IMG/VR virus record: IMGVR_UViG_3300018080_008436
Location: 1 to 64,000 of that record
Length of the DNA: 64,000 nt
Strand: one strand, 5' to 3'
Both the position numbers and the translations under genes were made by a program. Of the stretch, positions 19,357-28,589 are shown piece after piece. Under the pieces are notes generated by a model. The model did no database searches. It saw nothing but the letters and a program-made list of their open reading frames with translations, and was not told where the DNA came from. Positions within the stretch are counted from its first letter, which is position 1; each line of letters opens with the position of its first letter.

Positions 19357-19935
19357 TTATTGTTCTATTGTCACATACTTCTTCCAGTCATCATCGATGT
19401 TGAATCTGAATGCAACCAAATCAGTTGGATCAATTCCAAGGTTCCTGCATCTCTCAGCATAAAGAAACATTTTGATCTGACAGATAGCAACCCTTCTGTC
19501 TTTCCCATACTTGTAATATGGCAAACCTCTTTTGGTCCATCCATAGATACAAGTTCCAGTTCTCTCAAATTGTTTCCCTGCTTCAGTAGTTGTAACTGTA
19601 TTATGATTGATCCACACAATCCTATCGAAGTCTTCTTGTTTCAGATAGTGATTCCGACCAATCTTAATGACAATATCTGTCATCAAATGTTTGTTGCGAG
19701 AGGGAAGAAAGTTGCAACGATCTTTTCCACATTCTTCTGCCAACTCAGCAATCGTTCTCAGTTTGAGTTTGTCATATGCAATAGTGATATACTTCTTCGC
19801 CCATTCCTCAGGAATATAAACTCTTCCATTCTTTCGTTTGGAAGGACAATGTCCTGTTCGAACATGCATACGAACAGTATTCATTTTGACTTTGGTAAGT
19901 CTTCCGATATCAGCTATTGGTATCCACTTGCTCAT
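19357..19935 (-). CDS. MerR/excisionase-like HTH protein with tandem domains
   Basis: IADIGRLTKVKMNTVRMHVRTG..PS.RKNGRVYIP and two similar units. Confidence 0.65.
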   Translation of the reverse strand: MSKWIPIADIGRLTKVKMNTVRMHVRTGHCPSKRKNGRVYIPEEWAKKYITIAYDKLKLRTIAELAEECGKDRCNFLPSRNKHLMTDIVIKIGRNHYLKQEDFDRIVWINHNTVTTTEAGKQFERTGTCIYGWTKRGLPYYKYGKDRRVAICQIKMFLYAERCRNLGIDPTDLVAFRFNIDDDWKKYVTIEQ

Positions 19936-20075
19936 TTTTCATTCAACACTTTTTTGAGCCAGACGCAGAGCCAATGAGTGAAGGTATTAGGAGACAGTTT
20001 GCCTTCCTTGTAATCCTTTACCAATTTCTTGATCTCGTCTACTGATTCATCTGTCATTGTTTTCCTCCATAATAT

Positions 20076-20152
20076 TGGTACGCCCGACAGGATTCGAACC
20101 TGTGACCTACGGATTAGAAGTCCGTTGCTCCATCCAACTGAGCTACGAGCGC
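20076..20152 (-). tRNA. tRNA-Arg(TCT)
   Basis: Full cloverleaf, ACGGA-CTTCTAA-TCCGT, CCA. Confidence 0.95.
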
Positions 20153-20158
20153 ATTACC

Positions 20159-20470
20159 TCAATACCGTCCTCGTTTTCCACCCAGGATTATGCCAATGAA
20201 TTTGAAGACATGAACAAGGGCAAAGAAAAACCAAAAAGCCGAATAGCCCAACTGTTCTCCAATACCATTGTTCTTGACATAAGTCAAGTCATTCTCAGCA
20301 ATTGTTTTGAGCATCATGACAATGAAACAGATTGATGCAACGACAATGTAGACGACAACAATCGTCTGCCAATGCACCATAATGGGGGTCAGAATCATTT
20401 CTCCAATGTATCCCAACCCTTCCCAGGCTTCGCGTTCTCCAGGTCGATAAACTGTGATTTTGTCTTGCAT
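20159..20470 (-). CDS. membrane protein
   Basis: Two hydrophobic segments. Confidence 0.65.
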   Translation of the reverse strand: MQDKITVYRPGEREAWEGLGYIGEMILTPIMVHWQTIVVVYIVVASICFIVMMLKTIAENDLTYVKNNGIGEQLGYSAFWFFFALVHVFKFIGIILGGKRGRY

Positions 20471-20480
20471 TGGTCAACTC

Positions 20481-20864
20481 CTAACCGCAATAAACGATTT
20501 CTCCGAAACAACCCGCTTGGACAATGACATCTGCCAAGCCTGCATCAATATACCCTGCATTCCCTTCATGCACTGCTTTCAGAATATCCTTCTGGTAATC
20601 AGGGTGTACAATCTCATCAGATTCCAGGATTGCTTTGAGGCCCTTGCCGATCAGTTCGAGGGTCAACTCATGAGTGTCTTCATCGGGATCAATCTCTCCC
20701 CAGTCGGTAAGGATGTGTAACGTCCCAAACTTTTTCCCTTCCCATTTGAGTCCTTCGATCTGAGACCAGTAACCAATTCCACCTTCCAAGGCGATGCATC
20801 CAATGTCATGCAGGAACTGATCTTCGACTTTCTTCTTGGTTGTAATTTCCAATTCCAAGGCCAT
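20481..20864 (-). CDS. hypothetical phage protein
   Basis: IDA..ADVIVQ...FGEIVY motif. Confidence 0.75.
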   Translation of the reverse strand: MALELEITTKKKVEDQFLHDIGCIALEGGIGYWSQIEGLKWEGKKFGTLHILTDWGEIDPDEDTHELTLELIGKGLKAILESDEIVHPDYQKDILKAVHEGNAGYIDAGLADVIVQAGCFGEIVYCG

Positions 20865-20875
20865 TGTTCTATCTC

Positions 20876-21205
20876 CTATCGTTCGATCTCGATGTCGCCG
20901 TTCCCCATGAGAACAGCATTCTTATTCACAATTTGCTTGAAGATTTCAAAACGCGCATTGTCGCTAAGCCAATGAACCGCATCCGTAATCTCATCAATGA
21001 CATCCTCTTTGGACAAGTAGATCTTCTCCCCATGAACAGGAATGACATCGGCGGTATTGATCTTCTTCTGGCAACCTGCGCAAACAAAAACAACTGGACC
21101 TTTATTCAACAAATGGCCTGCATTGATACCTGTCTGGAAACCACAATCGCATTCGATGACTTCCATCTCCGTATGCTTACCCTGAATGTTCTCAACCCTT
21201 TTCAT
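20876..21205 (-). CDS. hypothetical protein
   Basis: CDC/CAGC. Confidence 0.6.
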   Translation of the reverse strand: MKRVENIQGKHTEMEVIECDCGFQTGINAGHLLNKGPVVFVCAGCQKKINTADVIPVHGEKIYLSKEDVIDEITDAVHWLSDNARFEIFKQIVNKNAVLMGNGDIEIER

Positions 21206-21434
21206 TTTTGTCCTCAATTGATTTAAGAAATGATGCGTTGCAAGCATGACAAAATAAACCCAGATGAACCCCATGATCGCAACAGTCCGTCAGATCTTTC
21301 TCAGCGATCTCATTGCAGGCAGACTCAACAATGTCAAGGATTCGTTCAACGCATTGAGGGCTTACATTCTCAGCCAGTTCTACTCGGATAGCGTCTCTAG
21401 CTTCATCCTTGATTGTATCCAAATCTCGTTTCAT
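21192..21434 (-). CDS. hypothetical protein
   Basis: SD and promoter. Confidence 0.65.
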   Translation of the reverse strand: MKRDLDTIKDEARDAIRVELAENVSPQCVERILDIVESACNEIAEKDLTDCCDHGVHLGLFCHACNASFLKSIEDKNEKG

Positions 21435-21573
21435 TCTCTGTCTCCGCTTTTTGTTTATACCTCAACATAGCATACCAATACATGATGTCAAATGCATTTA
21501 GAAAAAATAATTCAAAAGGACTTGCAATGCTGTGAAGACATGCCATAGTATACCTAAACCAAAGGAGCATCTC

Positions 21574-21993
21574 ATGGTTAACAAAACATTCATCCTGGCA
21601 GGGAAAGCAATCTTTACCATCAACAATAATAAAGGAGAGCATTTGACTTTTCGAATCGATGGTAAGCCAGACCGCAACAACCCTAATGCTAAGGTCTACT
21701 TCGCTAAGGTTCTGACTGGACCTGATAATCTCTCCAACTATACGTATATGGGTCTCCTTCGTCAAAAGGATCTGCGGCTCATCCTTACTAAGAACTCTCG
21801 ATTTACGAAAGAATGTCGTAGCATTCGCGTCTTCTGTTGGGCCATGCAAATCATCAATGGAACCACCAAACTTCCTGAAGGGTATGCGATCAAACATGCT
21901 GGTCGCTGTTGTCGATGCGCCAAACTGTTGACAGATCCTGAATCCATTGAAGTCGGTATCGGTCCTGAATGTCGGAAACGCATGGGTCTTTAA
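21574..21993 (+). CDS. DUF6011-like Zn-finger protein
   Basis: CCRCAKLLTDPESIEVGIGPEC; SD AAGGAG; terminator 22013-22046. Confidence 0.8.
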   Translation: MVNKTFILAGKAIFTINNNKGEHLTFRIDGKPDRNNPNAKVYFAKVLTGPDNLSNYTYMGLLRQKDLRLILTKNSRFTKECRSIRVFCWAMQIINGTTKLPEGYAIKHAGRCCRCAKLLTDPESIEVGIGPECRKRMGL

Positions 21994-22211
21994 TCTCTCT
22001 CCTCCTTAGTCGCCCCCTACTGAGCAATCGGTAGGGGGTTTTCTTTTGCCTGGACCTTTCCTGGACAGCGGCTCGCCTTTCAAAAAGAGTACTACTGTTT
22101 TAATTCTGTAGTACTCTTTTTAGAAGAGATAGGGCACACCAGGCTACCCATCAGGGCACAAAAAAAGCCCCTACCGAAGTAGGGGCCAGGGAATAAACAC
22201 GAGGAGATGGT

Positions 22212-22400
22212 TTATTTCCCTAACATATCTGCAACTGGGGCCTTAGTATTGCGAGTTTCGATCTCCTTTTCCTCATCGGTTCCGACTCGAACCTTGAGAA
22301 CCTTGAACCATTTGTCGCTTGGGATGTCTTCAGGAGTTTTGATCAACAGAGTTCGAGTGCTATTCTCGAATTGAATGAAGATTGGGAAGTACGATTTCAT
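22212..22400 (-). CDS. hypothetical protein
   Basis: ATGA overlap. Confidence 0.55.
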   Translation of the reverse strand: MKSYFPIFIQFENSTRTLLIKTPEDIPSDKWFKVLKVRVGTDEEKEIETRNTKAPVADMLGK

Positions 22401-22579
22401 GGTAAAAATCTTCCTGTTACAATTTCTTTTAAGAATATAAAACACCAACTCATCATTCCAAAAATGAAGATAAGACCTGTAGCATCTTCATTACCTCCCC
22501 AGATCCACAAAAGGAATAAACCCCAGAAGAGTGCAATTAGTACTCGTTGGTTTAATGAAAATTCCTTCCAGAAAATCAT
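22397..22579 (-). CDS. small membrane protein
   Basis: Two TM segments. Confidence 0.55.
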   Translation of the reverse strand: MIFWKEFSLNQRVLIALFWGLFLLWIWGGNEDATGLIFIFGMMSWCFIFLKEIVTGRFLP

Positions 22580-22582
22580 TTG

Positions 22583-22906
22583 TCAAATCTCTTTGTATGT
22601 TCCTTTAAATGTCTCTGGATCAAATATAGTCGCTAAACCCTCTTTGTCAATCAGAACTACAGAATTTATTTCAGTTCTTGCGGTTCCCAGATCTACCACA
22701 GGATCATCGACAGTAAATTGTCTTGCTTCAACAATATACTCTTCTTGAGTCAATGCTGTGCATTTATACTTCTTCCAACCAGAAAGTTTCTTGGCTTCTT
22801 CGAGATTGATAACCTTGGGTTTCTCTATCTTGAATTCTTCGCCTTCATCTTGCTGTGGTACTTCAACTGGTTTTCTTTTGAATAATCGTTTAAAAAATCC
22901 CATCAT
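22583..22906 (-). CDS. hypothetical protein
   Basis: SD AAGGAG. Confidence 0.7.
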   Translation of the reverse strand: MMGFFKRLFKRKPVEVPQQDEGEEFKIEKPKVINLEEAKKLSGWKKYKCTALTQEEYIVEARQFTVDDPVVDLGTARTEINSVVLIDKEGLATIFDPETFKGTYKEI

Positions 22907-22919
22907 TATCTCCTTTAAT

Positions 22920-22996
22920 TGGTGGGCCATGTAGGACTTGAACCTACGACCTGTCGATTATGAGTCGAATGCTCTGACCAACTGAGCTAATGGCCC
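22920..22996 (-). tRNA. tRNA-CAT (probably Ile2; elongator Met possible)
   Basis: Cloverleaf, GACTCATAATC anticodon arm, CCA. Confidence 0.9.
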
Positions 22997-23007
22997 TTTG
23001 CAATTTC

Positions 23008-23253
23008 TTAAGATGGAGAGTAAGATCCAAGGGGTCTTCTCACCTTGTTCCTTTCAATTCTCCACTTCTCTTGTTTCTCGAAATCTTCTTCAAAAGTGAA
23101 GCTAACAAAAGTAGCTGTGACATTCCCCCCACTTGCAATACGATAGATCAAACCATTGGGAACTCGCATAACGCTTGTTCTATCAGAGACTGTTCGAACT
23201 TCATGAAGTTCCATTGATCGAAGATCTTCATAGTTGTTAGCTTCATCATTCAT
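23008..23253 (-). CDS. hypothetical protein
   Basis: ORF in operon. Confidence 0.6.
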   Translation of the reverse strand: MNDEANNYEDLRSMELHEVRTVSDRTSVMRVPNGLIYRIASGGNVTATFVSFTFEEDFEKQEKWRIERNKVRRPLGSYSPS

Positions 23254-23476
23254 TTTTCTTTCTTCCTTTTAGCATTACTTCACAATCTTCTCGATCTGGA
23301 CAACCGTAACGACAGTACATATCTCTTAAGATTGGTCCGAACTCTTCATTGAAACTCATCAAGGCTTCTTCATCATTTTGAATGCCTCGATACCACTTAT
23401 GTTTTTCGAGATGACTTTTAATAACATCGATCTCTGCTTTTGTTAAATCGCCTACTCGCGTACAATGCTTGTGCAT
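23246..23476 (-). CDS. hypothetical protein
   Basis: ORF in operon. Confidence 0.65.
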   Translation of the reverse strand: MHKHCTRVGDLTKAEIDVIKSHLEKHKWYRGIQNDEEALMSFNEEFGPILRDMYCRYGCPDREDCEVMLKGRKKNE

Positions 23477-23699
23477 TACTGTACCCCCTAAATGACATAC
23501 TCATTATACATTCCGTGCATGTCATTCGGTTTCCTCCCTTGAAACATTTTTCCTTTTACGAACCCATGACAAGAACATATAAATGATAATCATTGTCATG
23601 GTTGAGAAAATATAGCCCCAGACCAATCCCCTCAAATAGAAGTACATCGGATCTGGATTATTCCAATCAGTTAATAACATTTTCTTTCTCCTGTTAAAT

Positions 23700-23896
23700 T
23701 GGCAGGCTGGGTTGGATTCGAACCAACGTCCCTTCGTATACTACTCTCCGCTTTCCTGTCTAGCCTCAACAGTACATATCACTTTGAGTGACTCCAGATG
23801 TTTCATTTGACTTTTGGAACTAACCGCGTATCAGTTCCTACTAACAGACTACTTTATCCTTCTGTCTAACGATGCTCTCCTATGAGCTACCAGCCC
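23700..23896 (-). ncRNA. tRNA-like RNA with ~120-nt structured insert in place of anticodon loop
   Basis: GGGCTGG/CCAGCCT acceptor, GCTC/GAGC D arm, GTTGG-TTCGAAT-CCAAC T arm, GCCA end. Confidence 0.75.
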
Positions 23897-23904
23897 GTTA
23901 AATT

Positions 23905-24108
23905 TTACTCGACCTCTTCGATTGTGATCTTAAATTTCTTTCCGACAGGTTGTTTCGCCAACCACTCATCAAATTTGTCAAGCTCCACGTGAGCCTCTTC
24001 AGTTATCGAAGGAGAACAAAGCAACAGAAGGGTTGCGTTATATCTTTCAAGAACGTCAGGACACTCCTCTTGATTGTACTCGACATGTGCTTCGGTTTCA
24101 AATTTCAT
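23905..24108 (-). CDS. hypothetical protein
   Basis: SD AGGAG. Confidence 0.6.
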   Translation of the reverse strand: MKFETEAHVEYNQEECPDVLERYNATLLLLCSPSITEEAHVELDKFDEWLAKQPVGKKFKITIEEVE

Positions 24109-24123
24109 CGCCTTTCTCCTATT

Positions 24124-24209
24124 TGGTAGCTAGGGGGGGACTCGAACCCCCAATCCCAAAGGGCGGTTGATTTTAAGTCAACTGCGTATACCAATTCCGC
24201 CACCTAGCC
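24124..24209 (-). tRNA. tRNA-Leu(TAA)
   Basis: Cloverleaf with variable arm, GTTGA-CTTAAAA-TCAAC, CCA. Confidence 0.95.
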
Positions 24210-24215
24210 ATAAAA

Positions 24216-24575
24216 TTATTCCTCATACTCCGCAATGAACTTCAATGCTTCTGCAAGTGCATCAGCAATCTGTTTGTTCGTTGGATTCTCAGGAAGAGCA
24301 TCAAATGTTGACTCCATCAAACGTTCCCGATATCTACGACGACAAAGGATGATCAACTCTTTGTCAAATGCCTTGCGCCTATCATCTGACAAATGTGAAA
24401 TTGTTTTGGGCGACGGAAGCAAAGGAATGTACACCGCTCTAGGTTGATGATACTGAGGCTTCGATTGTGGAATATAAGCCGAGATCAACATCCCAATCGC
24501 AATTCCAAGAAGTGCGCATAAAGGATATACAGTCGGAAGAAACCATTTTGGAAATGTTTTCTTTTCTTCAGACAT
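24216..24575 (-). CDS. membrane-anchored hypothetical protein
   Basis: N-terminal TM. Confidence 0.65.
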   Translation of the reverse strand: MSEEKKTFPKWFLPTVYPLCALLGIAIGMLISAYIPQSKPQYHQPRAVYIPLLPSPKTISHLSDDRRKAFDKELIILCRRRYRERLMESTFDALPENPTNKQIADALAEALKFIAEYEE

Positions 24576-24774
24576 TCGGTTCACCTTTGAGTGACATTAC
24601 ATAGGCTTCCATGCAATCATATTCTGATTGATTCGGATTGTCATACTCTGACTCTCGAAACCAAACGTAGTGTTTCTGAACCAAATCCCATAACAGATCT
24701 GTTTCCAAATCAGGATATTTGATTCGAAGGAGTTCTGCTAAACAGAACATTGAATAGTTCATTGAGCCTTTCAT
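24568..24774 (-). CDS. hypothetical protein
   Basis: SD. Confidence 0.65.
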   Translation of the reverse strand: MKGSMNYSMFCLAELLRIKYPDLETDLLWDLVQKHYVWFRESEYDNPNQSEYDCMEAYVMSLKGEPNV

Positions 24775-24793
24775 TTCCTTTCTCCGTTAGAAA

Positions 24794-24911
24794 TGGGAGC
24801 CAGCCAAAGTTCCTGAACTTCGTTCAAGAGGCGGATAACCAAGTAACCCGTAAGCTTGCCATCAAACGAATTAAAAGCTTGTCCGAAGGACATCTCCTTG
24901 GCTGACTCCCA
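24794..24911 (-). ncRNA. candidate structured ncRNA A
   Basis: 15-bp closing stem GGGAGTCAGCCAAGG/CTTTGGCTGGCTCCC, C(UUCG)G hairpin. Confidence 0.6.
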
Positions 24912-24917
24912 AAAAGA

Positions 24918-25017
24918 TGGGATTGACATCTTTTGGCAAATGCACACCTTGAATCCACTTTCAAGTTCCAGTTATCCCGCTTACCTTTTACGTGGACTTT
25001 CAGCAGGACCAATCCCA
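24918..25017 (-). ncRNA. candidate structured ncRNA B
   Basis: Closing stem TGGGATTG/CAATCCCA, internal CTTGAA/TTCAAG hairpin. Confidence 0.5.
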
Positions 25018-25022
25018 AAAAT

Positions 25023-25262
25023 TTACGCTTCCTCGGTCTCAGCCTGGATCTGTTTGACATCCGAGAACAGAGTCAGAGTGACTTCCTGGGGAACCTCATA
25101 GATGGTTGAAGGTTTCCCCTTACCATCTGCTCGACGCTTCTGACCAACTTCTTTGACCATTCCTTTGTCCTGAAGAACATTCAGAAGGTTGCTGGCCTCG
25201 GCATAGTTGTTGAAGCCTCCCATTTCCTGGAATTCTTTTTTCGTGACTTCGACTGTTTTCAT
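25023..25262 (-). CDS. small winged-helix-like protein
   Basis: LLNVLQDKGMVKEV...GKGKPSTIY. Confidence 0.6.
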   Translation of the reverse strand: MKTVEVTKKEFQEMGGFNNYAEASNLLNVLQDKGMVKEVGQKRRADGKGKPSTIYEVPQEVTLTLFSDVKQIQAETEEA

Positions 25263-25272
25263 GTCTATCTCC

Positions 25273-25590
25273 TTATGTTTTCGGATCGAATGCTACTTCT
25301 CCACACATCTTAATGAAAGCCCTAGCCATAATCATAATGAAAGAGACCTGGACTATCTCAATAAAAAACAAAACAAAAAACGCATCAATGATACCCAAAT
25401 GAGTGTACCAAAGATATCCAACAGCAATCAGGTTCCCTGGAATCCAACCAAAGAAGAAAGAAACAGATCGACGGTATTCCATCATAGGATGAGCCGCCTT
25501 AAGTATCAACATCACTATCAACGGTGGTATGAAAAGAAGGCAAACTGCTGTCGCCCAGGCCATCGTTCCTATGAATGTCGGTTCTTCCAT
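25273..25590 (-). CDS. membrane protein
   Basis: Three hydrophobic segments; promoter upstream. Confidence 0.65.
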   Translation of the reverse strand: MEEPTFIGTMAWATAVCLLFIPPLIVMLILKAAHPMMEYRRSVSFFFGWIPGNLIAVGYLWYTHLGIIDAFFVLFFIEIVQVSFIMIMARAFIKMCGEVAFDPKT

Positions 25591-25868
25591 TGTTATGCTC
25601 CAGTATCTTTACTAATCAACATAACCCCCATTAACATTAAGTCAAGGCCATTTACAAAAAATAATAACCCGCTGTCGATCCAGGAGCCGCCGCCATCTTC
25701 TAAAAAGAGTACTACTGTTTTTATTCTGTAGTACTCTTTTTGAAAATCAGGACCCCAGCCGCCACACCAGCAGACCCTGATCGGACCTGAACAACAAAAA
25801 AGACCCCTACCAATTAAGGTAGAGGCCCATATGCCTATATGTACGAGATAAGCAACTATATTATACAA

Positions 25869-26621
25869 CTAAATCCCAATAACGAAATCCATATCCCCCA
25901 TTCTTTCGCTTGGATAACCCATCGGATTACGTACAAAACGTATATCGCCTAAATATCTATCTACGAAATCATGACTGTGTCCATGTATCCATAACGACAC
26001 ATCATCACCATGCATCATGATGAACGTATCCATGTCAGCCGCGAACGCCTCATTTAACGTATGATTACGCCAATTGGAAGAAATCAAATTGAATGATGGA
26101 AGATGATGAGTTACAATTATCCTCTTGGTCTTAACATTGACCAACTTGTACATCGACTCATTCAAAAAACCACGATTCAACAAATGATACTCATTAATCT
26201 TATCAACAGTCAAACCATCGATCATATGATAATCCCCCATCGAGTTCTTAATCGAAAAGGAATTGACTGCCCCTATATGTGTCCATAATGTTGAACATAT
26301 GAAAGAAACATCTTCGATCTCAACAATTTGGTTGTTGACATAATAACATTTGTTCCCATTCTTCTCAAACACTTGACGATGAGAACCAAAACTCGGATGA
26401 TCCCATGAGTCTTCCCAAAGATCATGATTACCAGGAATCATTACAATATGTTTCCACTTCGGCAATAAATGTTCTTGAATGAACTTCTCCCTCATCGGAG
26501 TATGATTACAGAAGTCTCCTGCAATTACCAGAACATCAGCCCTTGGAATCATTCGGTTAATAACATAACCGTAGTTCTTCTTAAACTCAATATGTTGATC
26601 AGAAAGGATCTGGATTTTCAT
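25869..26621 (-). CDS. calcineurin-like metallophosphoesterase
   Basis: SDQH, AGD, PGNHD, THH, HGHSH. Confidence 0.92.
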   Translation of the reverse strand: MKIQILSDQHIEFKKNYGYVINRMIPRADVLVIAGDFCNHTPMREKFIQEHLLPKWKHIVMIPGNHDLWEDSWDHPSFGSHRQVFEKNGNKCYYVNNQIVEIEDVSFICSTLWTHIGAVNSFSIKNSMGDYHMIDGLTVDKINEYHLLNRGFLNESMYKLVNVKTKRIIVTHHLPSFNLISSNWRNHTLNEAFAADMDTFIMMHGDDVSLWIHGHSHDFVDRYLGDIRFVRNPMGYPSERMGDMDFVIGI

Positions 26622-26838
26622 CTAAGTATTTCTCTTTTTGTTCCTGAAACCAAGGACCATATAAATCCCCAAGAGCATGCCACTCTTCAAGATTCAATTC
26701 TTTAATCCTGTCTCTAACATCCGAAGACTTCTTGAACCATTTATTCAGAAACTCCTGGTTTGTTTTCATCTCAGGTTGTTTCAAAGCTAAAATGACATCT
26801 TTCATGTCCTCAAATAATTGTTTTACTTTCTCATTCAC
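26599..26838 (-). CDS. hypothetical protein
   Basis: ORF in operon. Confidence 0.6.
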   Translation of the reverse strand: MNEKVKQLFEDMKDVILALKQPEMKTNQEFLNKWFKKSSDVRDRIKELNLEEWHALGDLYGPWFQEQKEKYLDENPDPF

Positions 26839-27273
26839 ATATGCCCCCAGGCATTCAGTGCATAGTTTGCATAGCCTGCACCAATTCAGGTTAAGAATGT
26901 GCTTGCATTCGCAGACCCATTCAGTGGATGGTTACATCGTAGCTACTCTCTTATGACAATGTGGACATTTGACAATTCGAGTCTTTCGATGGTAGGCTTC
27001 CTCTGCCGCTCGTTTCAGGTTATAACGTTTCCGACAATGACGACACGTAAAATATGTGTTAAGGTCAATTGGTCTTGGCATTTTTGTTCTTTCATTGAAT
27101 GTTCCTGTCTCTCCCTTTATTATATCGCATAATTGAAGGATGTCAATCCCCTAAGGAATCTCAATCCTCCTGGAGTATGTCGCGATTATTATACTTCTTG
27201 CGGCCTGCCTTCTGAGCCTTGAACTTCCGACGCTTGTCACGAGTGTAAGGGTCCTGCTTCTTGCGATGTCTTT

Positions 27274-27609
27274 TCATATGATACCTCCTGCATCTTGTTG
27301 TAGTTTGTTCAACAGATATTCTTCACCACCCTGGTCCTTGAACATTTGATCATGCAACTTATAACGAAGACCACGAGTCTCAGTCTCTAACCGCTTGGTC
27401 AAACCTTCCCAGGACTTCATCGCCAAATCCAAACACTCTGAAGGAACATGAAAACCTTCTTGCTCCTGTGCAATGGTCTCAGATTCAACTGACATATAGA
27501 AGCTGGCCAAAGCTTCTGCAACATCATAAGCAGTTGTCTGCATATAAATATCACCATCAGCCTCTTCCAACATCTTGTCCAACTGATCATTAATTTGTTG
27601 TGGAGTCAT
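27274..27609 (-). CDS. hypothetical protein
   Basis: ORF in operon. Confidence 0.65.
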   Translation of the reverse strand: MTPQQINDQLDKMLEEADGDIYMQTTAYDVAEALASFYMSVESETIAQEQEGFHVPSECLDLAMKSWEGLTKRLETETRGLRYKLHDQMFKDQGGEEYLLNKLQQDAGGII

Positions 27610-27778
27610 CTTTCTTTCCTTCTCTCAGTTCTTTCCAGAATTTCCGCAAATCACTCAGGCTACCAATCTCAAGTATCGAGAGTGTTAAAGCAAAAAAGGA
27701 TATGAAGAGCATCACGATGATGAAAGTAATCAATATCATGATAACTACAGGAAAGAAAATGTTAAGCATGAAATTCAT
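27590..27778 (-). CDS. small membrane protein
   Basis: Hydrophobic N-terminus; SD. Confidence 0.6.
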   Translation of the reverse strand: MNFMLNIFFPVVIMILITFIIVMLFISFFALTLSILEIGSLSDLRKFWKELREGKKDDSTTN

Positions 27779-27875
27779 CCGATCTCTCCTCGTTCTCTTT
27801 TGTCCTCATACTCAGCTTGCTTAGCAAGTCCAGGCAAAGCTGGTATCAGGTAGATTAACATAATGATGAATCTGA

Positions 27876-28082
27876 TCATTCCCACTCCTTATGATCGCCA
27901 AATTCCATCGCATCTTCATAGCCTTGACGGTACTCAGCAATTTCTTCTTCTGTCATTTCTTCTTCACCAATCCGCAGACCATGATAGGTGCCTTCTGGAT
28001 ACCAATGAGGTTTCTGGCCCCTTCTATAATAAGCGTCTGCTCTTCCTCTATCATAAGGGCTACCATGTTTTACCTGATTCAT
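27876..28082 (-). CDS. hypothetical phage protein
   Basis: HGSPYDRGRADAYYRR motif; SD GGAGG. Confidence 0.75.
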   Translation of the reverse strand: MNQVKHGSPYDRGRADAYYRRGQKPHWYPEGTYHGLRIGEEEMTEEEIAEYRQGYEDAMEFGDHKEWE

Positions 28083-28112
28083 CGCCGCCTCCTAGTCCTT
28101 TCAAAAAGAGTA

Positions 28113-28589
28113 CTACTGATCCTCTTCAGGATCTTCGGGATTCAAATGCTTGAACTCCTCAACCATATCCCGTTTCCAGAGCAATTCAACATCATGAACC
28201 TTACCATCATTCATGTTAATCTGAATATAGTTGGGAAAGATCTTGAGATCCTGAATATCAAACTTGCAGATCTCAAACTCTTCGTCACAAGAGGAAATGA
28301 CCAAATCATCTCGAATGATCTCCCCCTCAGTAACATCAACAAACAAAGACATACCATCGGCAATGATAGCTTCACAATCCCGAACCATATCAAAGAACAA
28401 ATCGATATGTTTATTATATCGATGCTCGATCTCAGTGGTATACTGGACATCATCAGCCTTTACGTCTGAGAAATTTGTATTGGCCGCTTTGAACTCTGCC
28501 TTTGATCGAGCATCCTCATCACTATCAGCTTCAACATCGACAATGATGGTCTTGGCTTCGATTCGACTAACTCTAACTCGGAAATTCAT
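28113..28589 (-). CDS. hypothetical protein
   Basis: Stop inside repeat arm. Confidence 0.7.
   Translation of the reverse strand: MNFRVRVSRIEAKTIIVDVEADSDEDARSKAEFKAANTNFSDVKADDVQYTTEIEHRYNKHIDLFFDMVRDCEAIIADGMSLFVDVTEGEIIRDDLVISSCDEEFEICKFDIQDLKIFPNYIQINMNDGKVHDVELLWKRDMVEEFKHLNPEDPEEDQ

Larger units (their letters stand above)
1871..25828 (-). terminator. family of intrinsic terminators closing the operons
   Basis: A-run plus GC hairpin on plus strand near 1871, 3283, 4299, 5176, 5742, 6497, 7630, 9403, 10742, 11126, 11850, 14047, 19299, 22159, 25796. Confidence 0.8.

Noticed and set aside
13684-23896. Group I introns or canonical tmRNA for the tRNA-like genes
   Set aside because: Inserts are only ~70-120 nt with no recognisable group I core; D stems are present and the tmRNA Ala acceptor signature is absent.
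24824-25101. ORFs over the tandem stem-loop RNAs
   Set aside because: No SD, overlap gene 25023-25262; RNA structure explains the region better.
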